Positions 27,801 to 38,179 of a stretch of 64,000 nucleotides of DNA are shown here, piece after piece. A program made the translations under genes and the position numbers. The DNA comes from an uncultured bacterium. Its GTDB lineage: Bacteria > Armatimonadota > Hebobacteria > Hebobacterales > Hebobacteraceae. The number at the start of each line of letters is the position of its first letter. Positions within the stretch are counted from its first letter, which is position 1. The notes under the pieces were generated by a model. It had not been told where the DNA came from, ran no database searches, and worked only from the letters and a program-made list of their open reading frames with translations. Where the stretch lies: contig CAYLPT010000070.1 of NCBI GenBank assembly GCA_964385645.1, positions 14,538 to 78,537 of the forward strand, in the 5' to 3' direction.

Positions 27801-28943
27801 TCAGCGAGCGCCCGCTTGCTCGTACACATCCAGGTAGCGCCTCACCACCCGCGCCCAGTCGAGCTCGCGGGCGGCCTCGCGCGCCGCCTCGCCGAGTCGG
27901 CGCCGCAGCCCGGCGTCGCCGAGAACCTCGGCGAGCGCCCCCGCCAGCGCCGCCGCTGACCCCGCCGCGAACAGCCGCGCCGTTCGGCCGTCACACAGCA
28001 GCTCCCGCAGGCCGCCCACGTCGCTCGCGACGATAGCCTTCGCCATTGCCATCGCCTCCAGGGGCTTGAGCGGCGTCACTGTCTCTGTGGCGCGCGTGGA
28101 CAGACGCGGGTAGACAACCGCGTGCGCCGCCGCGTAGAGAGCTTGCACCTCCGAGTGGGGCACCGGCGGCGCCACCGTCGCGCCCTCCCCCACCGCGCGG
28201 GCGGCCTCAGCGATCCGCGCCCGGTGCTCCCCCTGCCCGACGATGAGAAGCTGCACCTGCGGCGCAGACCGCCGGACAACCGAGAACGCCTCCAGCAACA
28301 GCTCCAGGCCCTCGTACGCTCTTAGTGCGCCGAGATAGAGCACCCGGGGCCCGCCCGGGAGCTCCGCGGCCGGGGTGAACCTCGCTGCGTCGACCCCGTT
28401 GGGCACAATGTGGAGCTTGGCGGGCGCGACCCCGCGCTTCACCAGGTCATCTCGCAGCCCGCGGCAGATGGCCACCACCGCGTCGGCGCGTGCGCACACC
28501 GCGGCTTCGGTGCGGCGCGCCAGCCGATAGCGAAGCGACCGTCCCCTCATCGCCTCCTCCCACAGGCCCCGCACCTCGTACACCACCGGCAGCCCCAGGC
28601 GCCGGCCGGCCTGGATCGCCGCCAGACCGCACAGAACCGGCGAGTGCGCGTGGATCAGCCGCACATCACCCCGCGCGCTGGCGATCTCCCGGATGCGTCG
28701 CGCCAGCACCCGGCACCGCGACCAGTCCCTCAACCACACGCTGCGCGCCCGCCGCTCGGGCTGGCACCGGTAGTGAAAGACGCCCTCAACATCGCCCTCG
28801 TGGGCGGCGGGATGGCGCGGGGAGGTTACGATAAGAGGGTCAAGTCCGAGGGCCCGCTGGTGCGCAACTATGGCTGCCGTGCGGACTGTGTAGCCGCTGC
28901 TGATCTCCGGCAGCGCGTACTGCACCACGTGCAGGACCGCCAC
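27801..28943 (-). CDS. Glycosyltransferase family 4 (GT-B, RfaB-like)
   Basis: MAVLHVVQYALPEISSGYTVR GT4 N-terminus; EX7E-type region (LYLGALRAYEGLELLLEAF...IVGQGEH..., PLEAMAMAKAIVASDVGGLRELL). Confidence 0.85.
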   Translation of the reverse strand: MAVLHVVQYALPEISSGYTVRTAAIVAHQRALGLDPLIVTSPRHPAAHEGDVEGVFHYRCQPERRARSVWLRDWSRCRVLARRIREIASARGDVRLIHAHSPVLCGLAAIQAGRRLGLPVVYEVRGLWEEAMRGRSLRYRLARRTEAAVCARADAVVAICRGLRDDLVKRGVAPAKLHIVPNGVDAARFTPAAELPGGPRVLYLGALRAYEGLELLLEAFSVVRRSAPQVQLLIVGQGEHRARIAEAARAVGEGATVAPPVPHSEVQALYAAAHAVVYPRLSTRATETVTPLKPLEAMAMAKAIVASDVGGLRELLCDGRTARLFAAGSAAALAGALAEVLGDAGLRRRLGEAAREAARELDWARVVRRYLDVYEQAGAR

Positions 28944-28944
28944 C

Positions 28945-30132
28945 TCAGGCCTCCCCTTGAGGGAGGCGCGCGGGCTCCCAGGTCGGCGCGGTCCGGCCGG
29001 CGATCCACAGCCCGAGCGCGACGAAGCTGGCGAGTGCGATCATGTCGAAGTGCGCAGCCAGGCGAGCCCAACGCAGCCGGCCGACCGCGGGGACCGCCCA
29101 ACCCATCGCCCCGACCAGATAGAGCACGACCTGGGCGGCGAAGAAGGCCGACAGGGTTGGGCTGCCGAGCGCCGTCCCCCAGCCGGCCCCGACGAGCATC
29201 GCCCCGAAGAAGACCCCCTGCACCTCCCGGAGCAGCTTGTGCGAGACGAGCTGCCACAGCACCAGCAGCCGGCCCCTGCGCAGCGTCGGCCAGACCAGCG
29301 AGACCATCTGAGCGATGGCCCGCGACATGATGCGCACCTTCCGCCGATACTCCGCGCCCAGGCTCGGTGCCGCCGGCTCCACTGACTTGGCCTCCGGCTC
29401 CAACACCACGGCATAACCCTGAAGCAGGGCCTCAAAGGGAACGCGGAAGTCGCTAACATCGCGGGGGCGCAGCGGCCGGTAGATCTCCCGCCTTATCGCG
29501 TAGATAGAGCCGTTCGCCCCCAGCAGGGAACCCAACGACGACTCGAGCGCCTTCACGCGCTGCTCGTAGCGCCAGTAGGCGCCCTCCGTATCGGCCGTGC
29601 CCTCGCCGTGGCGGTAGTGGAGCTGACCGCTCACCGCGGCTACGCGGGCGTCGGACATCGCGGCCACGAGCCTGCTGACCGCGTCCCGCGCGAAGAGCGC
29701 GTTCGCGTCAGTCATCACGATGACCTCCGCGGCGATCGCCGAGACACCCGCGTTCAGCGCGGCCGACTTCCCCTGTCGCCCCTCCAGCCGCACCAGCCGC
29801 ACCCGGCCGGTGCGCTCCGCGTACCCCTGCACTATCTCGTCGGTCGCATCCGTGCTGCCATCCGAGACGACCACGAGATCGAGCAGCTCCGCCGAGTAGT
29901 CTTGCTCCAGGGTGTTCTCGATCTTCGCGCCGATGACATCGCCCTCGTTCCACGCCGCGACGAGCAGCGTCACCCGGGGCGCGCAGCTCCCGGTTGAGGG
30001 CCGGAAGGGGCGCAGCTTCGCCAGTACCCAGAGCAGTGCGGGATAGCCGAAGTAGGCGTAGAGCAGAATGGCAAGCGCTCCCCAGGATAGCAGGAAGGCG
30101 ATAGTAGGCTGTGCGGAGTCGGACTCGCTCAT
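28945..30132 (-). CDS. Membrane-embedded glycosyltransferase family 2 (possible processive synthase)
   Basis: N-terminal TM helices, GT-A core (VVVSDGSTDATDEIV, VIVMTDANA), then C-terminal TM bundle; starts 2 nt from the GT4 gene. Confidence 0.8.
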   Translation of the reverse strand: MSESDSAQPTIAFLLSWGALAILLYAYFGYPALLWVLAKLRPFRPSTGSCAPRVTLLVAAWNEGDVIGAKIENTLEQDYSAELLDLVVVSDGSTDATDEIVQGYAERTGRVRLVRLEGRQGKSAALNAGVSAIAAEVIVMTDANALFARDAVSRLVAAMSDARVAAVSGQLHYRHGEGTADTEGAYWRYEQRVKALESSLGSLLGANGSIYAIRREIYRPLRPRDVSDFRVPFEALLQGYAVVLEPEAKSVEPAAPSLGAEYRRKVRIMSRAIAQMVSLVWPTLRRGRLLVLWQLVSHKLLREVQGVFFGAMLVGAGWGTALGSPTLSAFFAAQVVLYLVGAMGWAVPAVGRLRWARLAAHFDMIALASFVALGLWIAGRTAPTWEPARLPQGEA

Positions 30133-30231
30133 GCCTGCGAACCCTGCGCACTCAGGCGCTTGACCTCTAGTAACCCCTCCGCCTGCCTGGAGGCTTGGCG
30201 GCGGGGGCAGGACTCCCTCGCGACTGCGCCG

Positions 30232-31500
30232 CTAGAGGCTGATGACGCGGAAGCCGGCCTGCTCCCACTTCGCCCGCGGCAGAGCGTCCCGAGTGTCGAA
30301 CAGAAGCCGCCGGCGCATCCGGGCCCCGATGGCCTCCGGCTCGAAGAACGAGAACTCGCGGTGGTCGGTGAGCAGCAGCACGCAGTCGGCGCCGCTCACG
30401 GAGGCCTCCAGGTCATCCAGCTCCCAGCGGAAGCGCTTGACGTGGAAGTCCACAACGCTGACTCGGGCGCCCTTCGCCTCCAGCGCCTCCAGCACGTGCA
30501 GCGCCGGCGTCTCACGGGCATCATCCACATTCGCCTTGTAGGCCACGCCCCAGACCGACACCTTCGGGTCGGCCACCCCCGCCAGCTCCGCCATCACCCG
30601 TTCCGCCACCCACGCCGGCTGGCTGTCGTTGGTCTCCCGGGCGGTGCGCACCAGGCGGGCCAGCTTGGGCGCCGCGTCCACCAGGAACCAGGGGTCCACC
30701 GGGATGCAGTGGCCGCCCACGCCGGGCCCAGGGCTCAGGATGTTGACCCGGGGGTGGCGGTTCGCCAGCGCGATGACCTCCCGGACGTTGGCCCCGAACT
30801 TGTGGCTGATGCGCGCGATCTCGTTCGCGAAGGCGATGCCCACATCTCGCGAGGCGTTCTCCACCAGCTTGGCGAGCTCGGCGACGATCGCGCTGGTCAC
30901 CAGAACTTCGCCCTCCACCACCTGGCGGTAGATGGCGGCCGCCCTCTCGCCGCTCGCCGGGTCAATGCCGCCGACCACCCGATCGTTCTGCACCAGCTCG
31001 GTCAGGATGTTGCCTGGCAGGATGCGCTCGGGGCAGTGCGCGACGAAGAGGTCCTCGCCCGGCTTCAGCCCCGACTCCGCCAGTATGCCTGTCAGCAGCC
31101 CGCCCGTCGTGCCCGGCGGCACGGTGGACTCCAGCACCACCAGGTTGCCCGGGCGCAGGTGCGGGATCAGCGAGCGCGCCGCCTGCTCCACACACGAGAG
31201 ATCCGGCCTGTGGTCCTCCCCCACCGGCGTCGGCACGGCGATGATGAACACGTCTGCCGGCGCGGGGGTGACCTGAGCGCGGAGGTTGCCCGAGTTCACC
31301 GCCGCCTGCACCACGGTCTTGAGGCCCACCTCCTCGATCGGCACCTCACCCGCGTTCACGGCCTCGACCAGCTCCGCGCGAAGGTCAACGCCGGTCACCC
31401 GGAAGCCGTTCACGGCCAGCATCGCGGCCGTCGGCAGGCCGACGTACCCGAGGCCAAGGATGCAGATCACCTCGGCCGTCGGCTCACGCAGCTCGCCCAT
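30232..31500 (-). CDS. UDP-sugar 6-dehydrogenase (UDP-ManNAc/UDP-GlcNAc dehydrogenase, WecC/WbpA-like)
   Basis: ICILGLGYVGLPTA NAD-binding motif; catalytic GGHCIPVDP; 422 aa, typical of the UDP-glucose/GDP-mannose dehydrogenase family. Confidence 0.88.
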   Translation of the reverse strand: MGELREPTAEVICILGLGYVGLPTAAMLAVNGFRVTGVDLRAELVEAVNAGEVPIEEVGLKTVVQAAVNSGNLRAQVTPAPADVFIIAVPTPVGEDHRPDLSCVEQAARSLIPHLRPGNLVVLESTVPPGTTGGLLTGILAESGLKPGEDLFVAHCPERILPGNILTELVQNDRVVGGIDPASGERAAAIYRQVVEGEVLVTSAIVAELAKLVENASRDVGIAFANEIARISHKFGANVREVIALANRHPRVNILSPGPGVGGHCIPVDPWFLVDAAPKLARLVRTARETNDSQPAWVAERVMAELAGVADPKVSVWGVAYKANVDDARETPALHVLEALEAKGARVSVVDFHVKRFRWELDDLEASVSGADCVLLLTDHREFSFFEPEAIGARMRRRLLFDTRDALPRAKWEQAGFRVISL

Positions 31501-31747
31501 GCGAGGGGACCCTCCTGATCGGGGCAGTTGGCGTCAGGGTTCCACTAGCCAGCGCGCTCTCCCTTCAGCGAGGCGCTGCCGGAGGCGGCGGAACAGGACC
31601 TGCGGCGGCCGCGCCCAACTCCGAGCACCGTCGGGAGCAGAAACTACGGGGCGGCAGGCGACTCGGCGGGGGCCAGCCGGGAGTACCAGGTCGTCGCCGA
31701 GGACGAAGCCTACCCTGCAGTCCATCGCCACGAGGCGGGCGAGATGA

Positions 31748-32029
31748 TCCGCGAGCTCGACCGGGGAGCCGGGATTCCCTGTCTCTATCCCCCTGGGCAT
31801 CATCCGCAACCCACGCCCCACGGACCTGCTCGAGAAAGCGGTCTTCGGCGATGACCAGGACCCCGGATTCGTGGATGTGGGCGACAATGACTTCCGCTTG
31901 CGCCAAGACGCGGCAGCCTTCGAGAGACTCTCCTGTCGCCCCATCCCCGCGGAGGGGATCGGACTCTACGAGCATCCCTTGCGGGCGAGCTGGCCCGTGG
32001 ATGCTACCCTCTCGGTCCTGCTCGAGTGA
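31748..32029 (+). pseudogene. C-terminal remnant of a right-handed β-helix (pectate-lyase-fold) protein; no start codon, truncated
   Basis: Open frame without a start codon translating to ...GFPVSIPLGIIRNPRPTDLLEKAVFGDDQDPGFVDVGDNDFRLRQDAAAFERLSCRPIPAEGIGLYEHP..., resembling the conserved C-terminus (FVDPANGDFRLKPGSPA...GFKPIPF.KIGLY) of β-helix proteins; lies in a 650-bp intergenic gap. Confidence 0.4.
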
Positions 32030-32157
32030 GCGGCCGGGCAGTCTCGCTCACACTCCCCGCCGATGACCGGATGCAGGTGCCTGCGCAGCAGCGACGAACC
32101 CAGCGCCGCGCGGCGCCGATTGGCACGCGCGACACCAGAGCCGGTGGGAGGCCTGAG

Positions 32158-34539
32158 ATGAGGTACGGCTTCTTCGACGACGAGGCCAGGGAGTACGTGA
32201 TAACCAGGCCGGACACCCCGAGGTCGTGGAGCAACTACCTGGGCGACACCAAGTACGGGGCGATCATCACCAACAACGCGGGCGGCTACGGCTTCTACCA
32301 GTCGGGAGCGCGGGGGCGGTTCCTGCGGCTGCTCTTCAACGGCATCCCGATGGACCAGCCGGGCCGCTATGTCTACCTCCGCGACCGGGACAGCGGCGAC
32401 TACTGGTCGGCCTCCTGGCAGCCGGTGGGCAAGCCACTCGATGAGTACGAGTCCACCTGCCGCCACGGCACCGGGTACACGGTCATCGAGTCTCGCTACG
32501 GCGGGATCGCCACCGAAACCACTTACTTCGTGCCACTGGGCCAGGCGTTCGAGTACTGGCGTGTGCGGGTCACTAACGAGAGCGGGCGGCCGCGCAACCT
32601 GTCCCTCTTCACGTACTGCGAGTTCACGAATCAGTGGAACACTGTGCAGGATCAGGTCAACCTCCAGTACTCCCTGTTCATCGTCCGGGGCGCGCTTACG
32701 GACGGCTTGCTCCGGATCGCGATCGAGGATCACCTGACGCCGGAGTCGGGGGAGTACCTGTATCATCATGTATGGATGGGCCTGGTGGGCGGAGAGGTAA
32801 GGGGGTACGACACGAGCCGTGAGGCCTTCCTCGGTCCGTACCGAAGCTACCACAACCCCGTCGTGGTCGAGGAGGGGAGAACGACCAACAGCGAGGCCTA
32901 TGGGGACAACGCCTGCGGCTGTCTGAGGACGGACTTGACCCTTCAGGCCGGAGAGACCGGAGAGATGCTCGTCCTGCTTGGGATCGGCGATGCCCGGACC
33001 GTCGGCCGGCGGACAACCGCGGAGTACGGCTCGCTGGACCGGGCGGAGGCTGAGCTGAGGATGCTGAAGGCGAACTGGCACGCCAAACTGGGGAGCCTCC
33101 TCGTGGAGACGCCTGACGAGGAGTTCGACCATACGGTCAATGTATGGGGCCTGTACAACTGCCTGGTGTGCTTCGCCTGGTCGCGGTCCGCGAGCCTCGT
33201 GTACAATGGCGAGCGGGATGGGCTGGGCTTTCGCGACTCGGTGCAGGACCTGCTGGGCGTGACGGCCGCGATCCCGGAGGAGGCCCAGGAGCGCCTGGAG
33301 CTGATGCTGACCGGCCAGCTCTCCACCGGCGGTGCCATGCCGATCATCAGGCCGTTCGAGCACCGCCCGGGGCACGAGACGCCCCCGGCCCCTGAGGAAT
33401 ACCGGTCCGACGACTGCCTGTGGTTCTTCGACGCGGTGCCAGCGCTCGTGGGAGAGACTGGGGACCTGCGCTTCTACGAGAAGGTGCTGCCTTACGCGGA
33501 CAGGGGTGAGGCCACTGTCCTGGGCCATCTGCGGCGGGCCCTGGAGTTCAACCTGGAGCGCACCGGCAAGCACGGGCTCCCATGCGGGCTGGCCGCCGAC
33601 TGGAACGACTGCCTGCGGCTCGGCTATCACGGGGAGAGCCTGTTTGTCGCGTTCCAGGTGCGTAGGGGACTCACCACCTACGCAGAGGTCGCGGAGCGCC
33701 TAGGCAAGCGGGAGGAAGCCGCCTGGGCCCTCGCTAAGCGCGATGCCCTCGACTCATGCATCCAGGCCTGCGCCTGGGATGAAGACCGCTTCATATGGGC
33801 CATCGGCGAGGACGGCACGGTCTACGGGACCCGCGCGGCCGAGGAGGGGAGGTGCTATCTGAACACGCAAGTGTGGGCCGTCATAAGTGGGGGCGCCAGC
33901 CCCGAGCAAGCCGCTCGCTGCATGGAGACCGTTCATAGGGAGCTGGCCACCGCTTATGGCCTGATGCTCTCCGCGCCCCCCTTTGTGAAGACCCCGATTG
34001 ACGTGATGCGCGCCGTGGTGTTCAACCCCGGGGTGAAGGAGAACGCAGGGATCTTCAACCACACACAGGGGTGGGCGGTGATGGCGGAGTGTATGCTGGG
34101 GAACGGGGACCGGGCCTGGGAGTACTACCGCGCCTCCATGCCGGCCGCCTACAACGATCGCGCAGAGCTGCGCGAGAGCGAGCCCTATGTCCAGGCGCAG
34201 ACTACATACTCCACCTACTCGCCGCGGGCCGGGAACGCGCGCACGCCCTGGCTGACCGGCGCGGCGGCCTGGTCCTACTACGCCGCCACGCAGCATATAC
34301 TCGGCCTGCGGCCGGAGATAGACGGGCTGCGCATCGCGCCGTGCATCCCCAGCACCTGGGGTGGTTTCAGGGCCACCCGCCGCTTCCGGGGCCGAACCAT
34401 CCGGATCGTGGTTGAGAACCCGGACGCGGTCTGCCACGGCGTCAAGACGCTGACCCTCAACGGCGAGGCGCTGCCCGGCAACCTGCTCCCCGCGGACAAG
34501 CTGCGGGGCGAGAATGAGGTGCGAGCCGTCCTCGGGTAG
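32158..34539 (+). CDS. Glycoside hydrolase family 94 disaccharide phosphorylase (cellobiose/chitobiose/laminaribiose phosphorylase-like)
   Basis: N-terminus MRYGFFDDEAREYVITRPDTPRSWSNYLG...AGGYGFYQS closely parallels characterised cellobiose phosphorylases (MRYGHFDD..REYVIT.P.TP.PW.NYLG); about 790 aa as expected. The track ORF from 32026 is an upstream extension. Confidence 0.88.
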   Translation: MRYGFFDDEAREYVITRPDTPRSWSNYLGDTKYGAIITNNAGGYGFYQSGARGRFLRLLFNGIPMDQPGRYVYLRDRDSGDYWSASWQPVGKPLDEYESTCRHGTGYTVIESRYGGIATETTYFVPLGQAFEYWRVRVTNESGRPRNLSLFTYCEFTNQWNTVQDQVNLQYSLFIVRGALTDGLLRIAIEDHLTPESGEYLYHHVWMGLVGGEVRGYDTSREAFLGPYRSYHNPVVVEEGRTTNSEAYGDNACGCLRTDLTLQAGETGEMLVLLGIGDARTVGRRTTAEYGSLDRAEAELRMLKANWHAKLGSLLVETPDEEFDHTVNVWGLYNCLVCFAWSRSASLVYNGERDGLGFRDSVQDLLGVTAAIPEEAQERLELMLTGQLSTGGAMPIIRPFEHRPGHETPPAPEEYRSDDCLWFFDAVPALVGETGDLRFYEKVLPYADRGEATVLGHLRRALEFNLERTGKHGLPCGLAADWNDCLRLGYHGESLFVAFQVRRGLTTYAEVAERLGKREEAAWALAKRDALDSCIQACAWDEDRFIWAIGEDGTVYGTRAAEEGRCYLNTQVWAVISGGASPEQAARCMETVHRELATAYGLMLSAPPFVKTPIDVMRAVVFNPGVKENAGIFNHTQGWAVMAECMLGNGDRAWEYYRASMPAAYNDRAELRESEPYVQAQTTYSTYSPRAGNARTPWLTGAAAWSYYAATQHILGLRPEIDGLRIAPCIPSTWGGFRATRRFRGRTIRIVVENPDAVCHGVKTLTLNGEALPGNLLPADKLRGENEVRAVLG

Positions 34540-34792
34540 AGCGCCTCCCCAGCGGTAGGGCCATGGGCTCTGCCGATGAGTCGCTGAGAGGGATCTTGCG
34601 CGATAGCTGAAGCCAGCGGCTCGGACTCCGGTCTCGCAGGCCGGCGACCGGTCGGGCCACTTGACCGGGCAGTCGGAGCAGGGACGCGACTCCGGCGCTG
34701 ACTTCGCCGTCCGAAGAGGAGCGGAGCTTCGCATGGGCGAAGGGGGGAGGGTGCTGCAGGTTTGGAGTGAAGGTGGAGGAGGTGACACTGAG

Positions 34793-36829
34793 ATGGCGCG
34801 AGTGCTGCTGACGGCGATGACGCTCATGCTGGTGGGGGAGGCGGCCGGCGCCGCGGCCGCCTCCGGCGGCCTGCGGGTGAGCGAGAACGGGCGCTTCCTG
34901 GTCATCGAGGACGGGCAGCCGTTCTTCTACGTGGGGGACACCGCCTGGGAGCTGTTCCACCGGCTGAACCGGGAGGAGGCCGAGCACTACCTGAGGGATC
35001 GGGCGGGGAAGGGCTTCACCGTCATCCAGGCGGTGGCGCTGGCTGAGTTCGACGGGCTCGAATCACACAACGCCTATGGCGAGGTGCCGCTTATTGAGGG
35101 CGACCCGACGCGGCCCAACGAGCGCTACTTCGAGCACGTGGACTGGGTGGTGGACACAGCCGAGCGTTTGGGGCTGTACATCGGCATGCTTCCCACCTGG
35201 GGCGATAAGTGGAACCGTAAGTGGGGGGTGGGCCCGGAGGTGTTCACGCCCGAAAACGCGGAGGCTTACGGCGAGTGGCTGGGCCGGCGCTACCGCGACA
35301 AGCCGATCATCTGGATCTTGGGCGGGGACCGCAACCCGGAGATCGAGGAGCATCTGGCCATCGTCCGCGCTATGGCGCGGGGCCTGCGCCGCGGCGATGG
35401 CGGTCGGCACCTGATGACCTTCCACCCCCAGGGCGGGGCAAGCTCCTCCCGGTGGTTCCACGACGACGACTGGCTGGACTTCAACATGCTCCAGAGCGGC
35501 CACTCCCGCCGCAACACCCCCAACCACGAGATGATCGCCGCCGACTACGCCCGCACCCCTGTGAAGCCGTGCCTCGATGGCGAGCCCTGCTATGAGAACC
35601 ACCCGGTGAACTGGAACCCCACCTTGGGCCGCTTCGGCGACCACGATGTCCGCAAGGCCGCCTACTGGGCGGTGTTCGCGGGCGCGCACGGGCACACTTA
35701 CGGCTGCCACGAGATCTGGCAGTTCTACGCGCCCGAGCGGCCACCGATCTCCCACGCCATGACCCCCTGGCGGGAGGCGCTCCAGCTCCCCGGCGCGGGG
35801 CAGATGCGACACCTGCGGGCGCTCATGGAATCCCGCCCCTTCCTGTCTCGCATCCCCGATCAGGCGCTTATCGTCCCCGACGCGCCGCCGGAGCCGGCCC
35901 TTACCCACCTACTCTACACGCGGGACGCCGGGGGCAGCGCGGTCTTCTATGTCAACGGGCGGGTGCGGAACCGCGGCATCGTCGCCGGCACGCTGGAGAA
36001 CTGGGACCGCGGGTCTCGGCTGGCGCTCGCCAACGAGCTGACGCGGGAGCGCCCGTGGCTGGGCGAGTACCGCCTGGTGGCCATCTACGACCGCGCGCTG
36101 AGCGCCGCCGAGGCCGCCGCGCGCTTTGCCGCCGGTCCGGCCGCGGCGCCGGAGGACGCCGCCGCGGCCTACCTGTTTCAGGAGCAGGCAGGCACTGTGG
36201 TCCGCGACGAGTCGGGCGGCGGGCTCGACCTGACGATCGCCGACCCGGAGGCGGTGGAGTGGCTGCCCGGCGGGGGCCTGGCAGTGCGATCACCAACCCT
36301 GATCGCCGCCGGCGAGGCGCCGGCGGAGTTGATGTCGAGGATCGTGGCCTCCGGGGCGATCACCATCGAGGCCTGGGTCAAGCCGGCGGACCACCATCAG
36401 GCGGGGCCGGCCCGCATCGTCACCCTCTCCCGCGACACCGTGCAGCGCAACTTCACCCTGGGGCAGGAGGGCGGCGACTACGAGGTTCGGCTGCGGACGA
36501 CACAGACCTCCGACAACGGCCTGCCCGGGCTGGCGACCACCGACCGGGAGGCGCGCCACGTCCAGGCCACCCGGGACGGGGACGGCTCCTACGCCATGGT
36601 CTACCTGCCGGAGGCGGGCCAGCGCGTGACCCTCGACACGAGCGCGCTCTCCGGCGAGCGCCTCCGGGCCTGGTGGTATGACCCGCGCACCGGCCAGGCC
36701 ACCGCGCTGGAGGGCGACTTCCCGGTGGGCGGCCGGCTGGAGTTCACGAGCCCCGAGCAGGGCCCGGACTGGGTGCTGGTGCTGGACGACGCGGCGCGCG
36801 GCTACCCGCCGCCGGGGAGGTCCGGCTAG
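34793..36829 (+). CDS. Secreted GH140-like (DUF4038) glycoside hydrolase with C-terminal LamG-like/β-sandwich domains
   Basis: Signal peptide [27 protein letters not shown]4038 motifs ([49 protein letters not shown]); GAAGGTGGAGGAGG RBS. Confidence 0.75.
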   Translation: MARVLLTAMTLMLVGEAAGAAAASGGLRVSENGRFLVIEDGQPFFYVGDTAWELFHRLNREEAEHYLRDRAGKGFTVIQAVALAEFDGLESHNAYGEVPLIEGDPTRPNERYFEHVDWVVDTAERLGLYIGMLPTWGDKWNRKWGVGPEVFTPENAEAYGEWLGRRYRDKPIIWILGGDRNPEIEEHLAIVRAMARGLRRGDGGRHLMTFHPQGGASSSRWFHDDDWLDFNMLQSGHSRRNTPNHEMIAADYARTPVKPCLDGEPCYENHPVNWNPTLGRFGDHDVRKAAYWAVFAGAHGHTYGCHEIWQFYAPERPPISHAMTPWREALQLPGAGQMRHLRALMESRPFLSRIPDQALIVPDAPPEPALTHLLYTRDAGGSAVFYVNGRVRNRGIVAGTLENWDRGSRLALANELTRERPWLGEYRLVAIYDRALSAAEAAARFAAGPAAAPEDAAAAYLFQEQAGTVVRDESGGGLDLTIADPEAVEWLPGGGLAVRSPTLIAAGEAPAELMSRIVASGAITIEAWVKPADHHQAGPARIVTLSRDTVQRNFTLGQEGGDYEVRLRTTQTSDNGLPGLATTDREARHVQATRDGDGSYAMVYLPEAGQRVTLDTSALSGERLRAWWYDPRTGQATALEGDFPVGGRLEFTSPEQGPDWVLVLDDAARGYPPPGRSG

Positions 36830-36914
36830 GGGGCTGGGCGGACATGCCCGGGGTGTAGCCCAGCCTCTCCGCGCCACCCACGCCGAGGAGGCGGCGCGCG
36901 GGTAGCTGGGCGTC

Positions 36915-37982
36915 TCAGGCGCGGCCGGCGATCCAGAGGCGGAAGACCTCCTCGAACAGCCTCACGTCGGTGAGCGTGTCGGCCCCGCTGGAGCGGAACT
37001 CCTCGCCGGTCTGCAGGCACGTGACGAAGTGCTGCGCCTCCCGGCGATAGCACCAGCTGTAGAGCGCCTCCGGCATGGGCTGGCAGATCTCCTGCATGTC
37101 GCCGCCCCGGTAGACCTCCACCGCCTCGCAGACGTTGTCGAGCAGCAGCGGAGGAGAGGTGGACTTCACCCAACCGTCACGGAAGAACACCTGGGTGTTG
37201 AAGTCCCAGGAGAAGTGCGAGGTGTTGCCGGACTCGACGACGGCCTGCACGCCGTCCATGTCGAGGACGATGAGGCCCGTGTAGCCATCATCCCCCAGGT
37301 GGACGCCCGTGACACGCGCCTTGTCGCCCACGCCGAGATACCACCGCAGCAGGTTCACGTTGTGAGTGTACTGCTGGAGGTACCAGATGTAGGGCTGGTG
37401 GAAGCGCGGCGGCAGCCAATCGGGGCAGCGGGCTGGGCCCGGAGTCGGGCGGGGCTCCTGCGTGCTCTCGAGCGTGCCGGCGAAGCCCGCGTTCCACTGC
37501 CGCCCGCAAAAGCCGTGGTTCCGCGCGTAGAAGACTTCGCCCAGCGCCCCCTCCTGCCTGAAGCTGTCTATCAAGCGCTTGGCGAGCTCCGCGCCGGCAT
37601 CGTAGCGCTTCATGTACCCGACCATGAGCCGGGCGCCGCCGGCCTGCGCGGCCGCCAGCATCTCCTCGGCCTCCGCGACCGAGACCGCCATGGGCTTCTC
37701 CATGAACACGTGCTTGCCCGCGGCGAGGAGGTCCCGCGCGATCTGCGACTGCTCGGTGAATGCGGCCGAGACCCCGACCGCCTCCACCTCCGGGTCGTCG
37801 GCCAGCTCGGTGTGGCTCTGGTAGAGCTTGCGGAAGCCCCATCGCCGCTGCACCTTCGCGCCCAGCTCCGGCCTGATCTCGGCGAGCGCGACAAGCTCCA
37901 CCTCCGGCAGGCCGGCGAAGTTGGGGATGTGTACGGCCTGCGCCATGAAGCCGCAGCCCACGTAGCCGAACTTGAGTGCCAT
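36915..37982 (-). CDS. Gfo/Idh/MocA-family oxidoreductase
   Basis: AGGAGGGAG RBS; MALKFGYVGCGFMAQAVHIPNF Rossmann start; EKPMAVSVAEAEEM consensus. The track ORF 36915..38309 extends about 330 nt upstream into non-coding sequence. Confidence 0.85.
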   Translation of the reverse strand: MALKFGYVGCGFMAQAVHIPNFAGLPEVELVALAEIRPELGAKVQRRWGFRKLYQSHTELADDPEVEAVGVSAAFTEQSQIARDLLAAGKHVFMEKPMAVSVAEAEEMLAAAQAGGARLMVGYMKRYDAGAELAKRLIDSFRQEGALGEVFYARNHGFCGRQWNAGFAGTLESTQEPRPTPGPARCPDWLPPRFHQPYIWYLQQYTHNVNLLRWYLGVGDKARVTGVHLGDDGYTGLIVLDMDGVQAVVESGNTSHFSWDFNTQVFFRDGWVKSTSPPLLLDNVCEAVEVYRGGDMQEICQPMPEALYSWCYRREAQHFVTCLQTGEEFRSSGADTLTDVRLFEEVFRLWIAGRA

Positions 37983-38179
37983 CGCTAACTCCCTCCTGGC
38001 TGTCGCCCAGGCAGATACGACGGGCACGGGGGCCGCCCCTCTGCGATCACCTCTGCTCTCGCAGCAGGTGTGAGGCCCGGCCGCAGGTGACCCTACCTGG
38101 AGCCGCGGCGCCCGCAGCGGCGGGACGCAGGCGGACACGAGGGCTGAGACCAGGCCGGAGGCGTTCCACTTCGGGTTGG

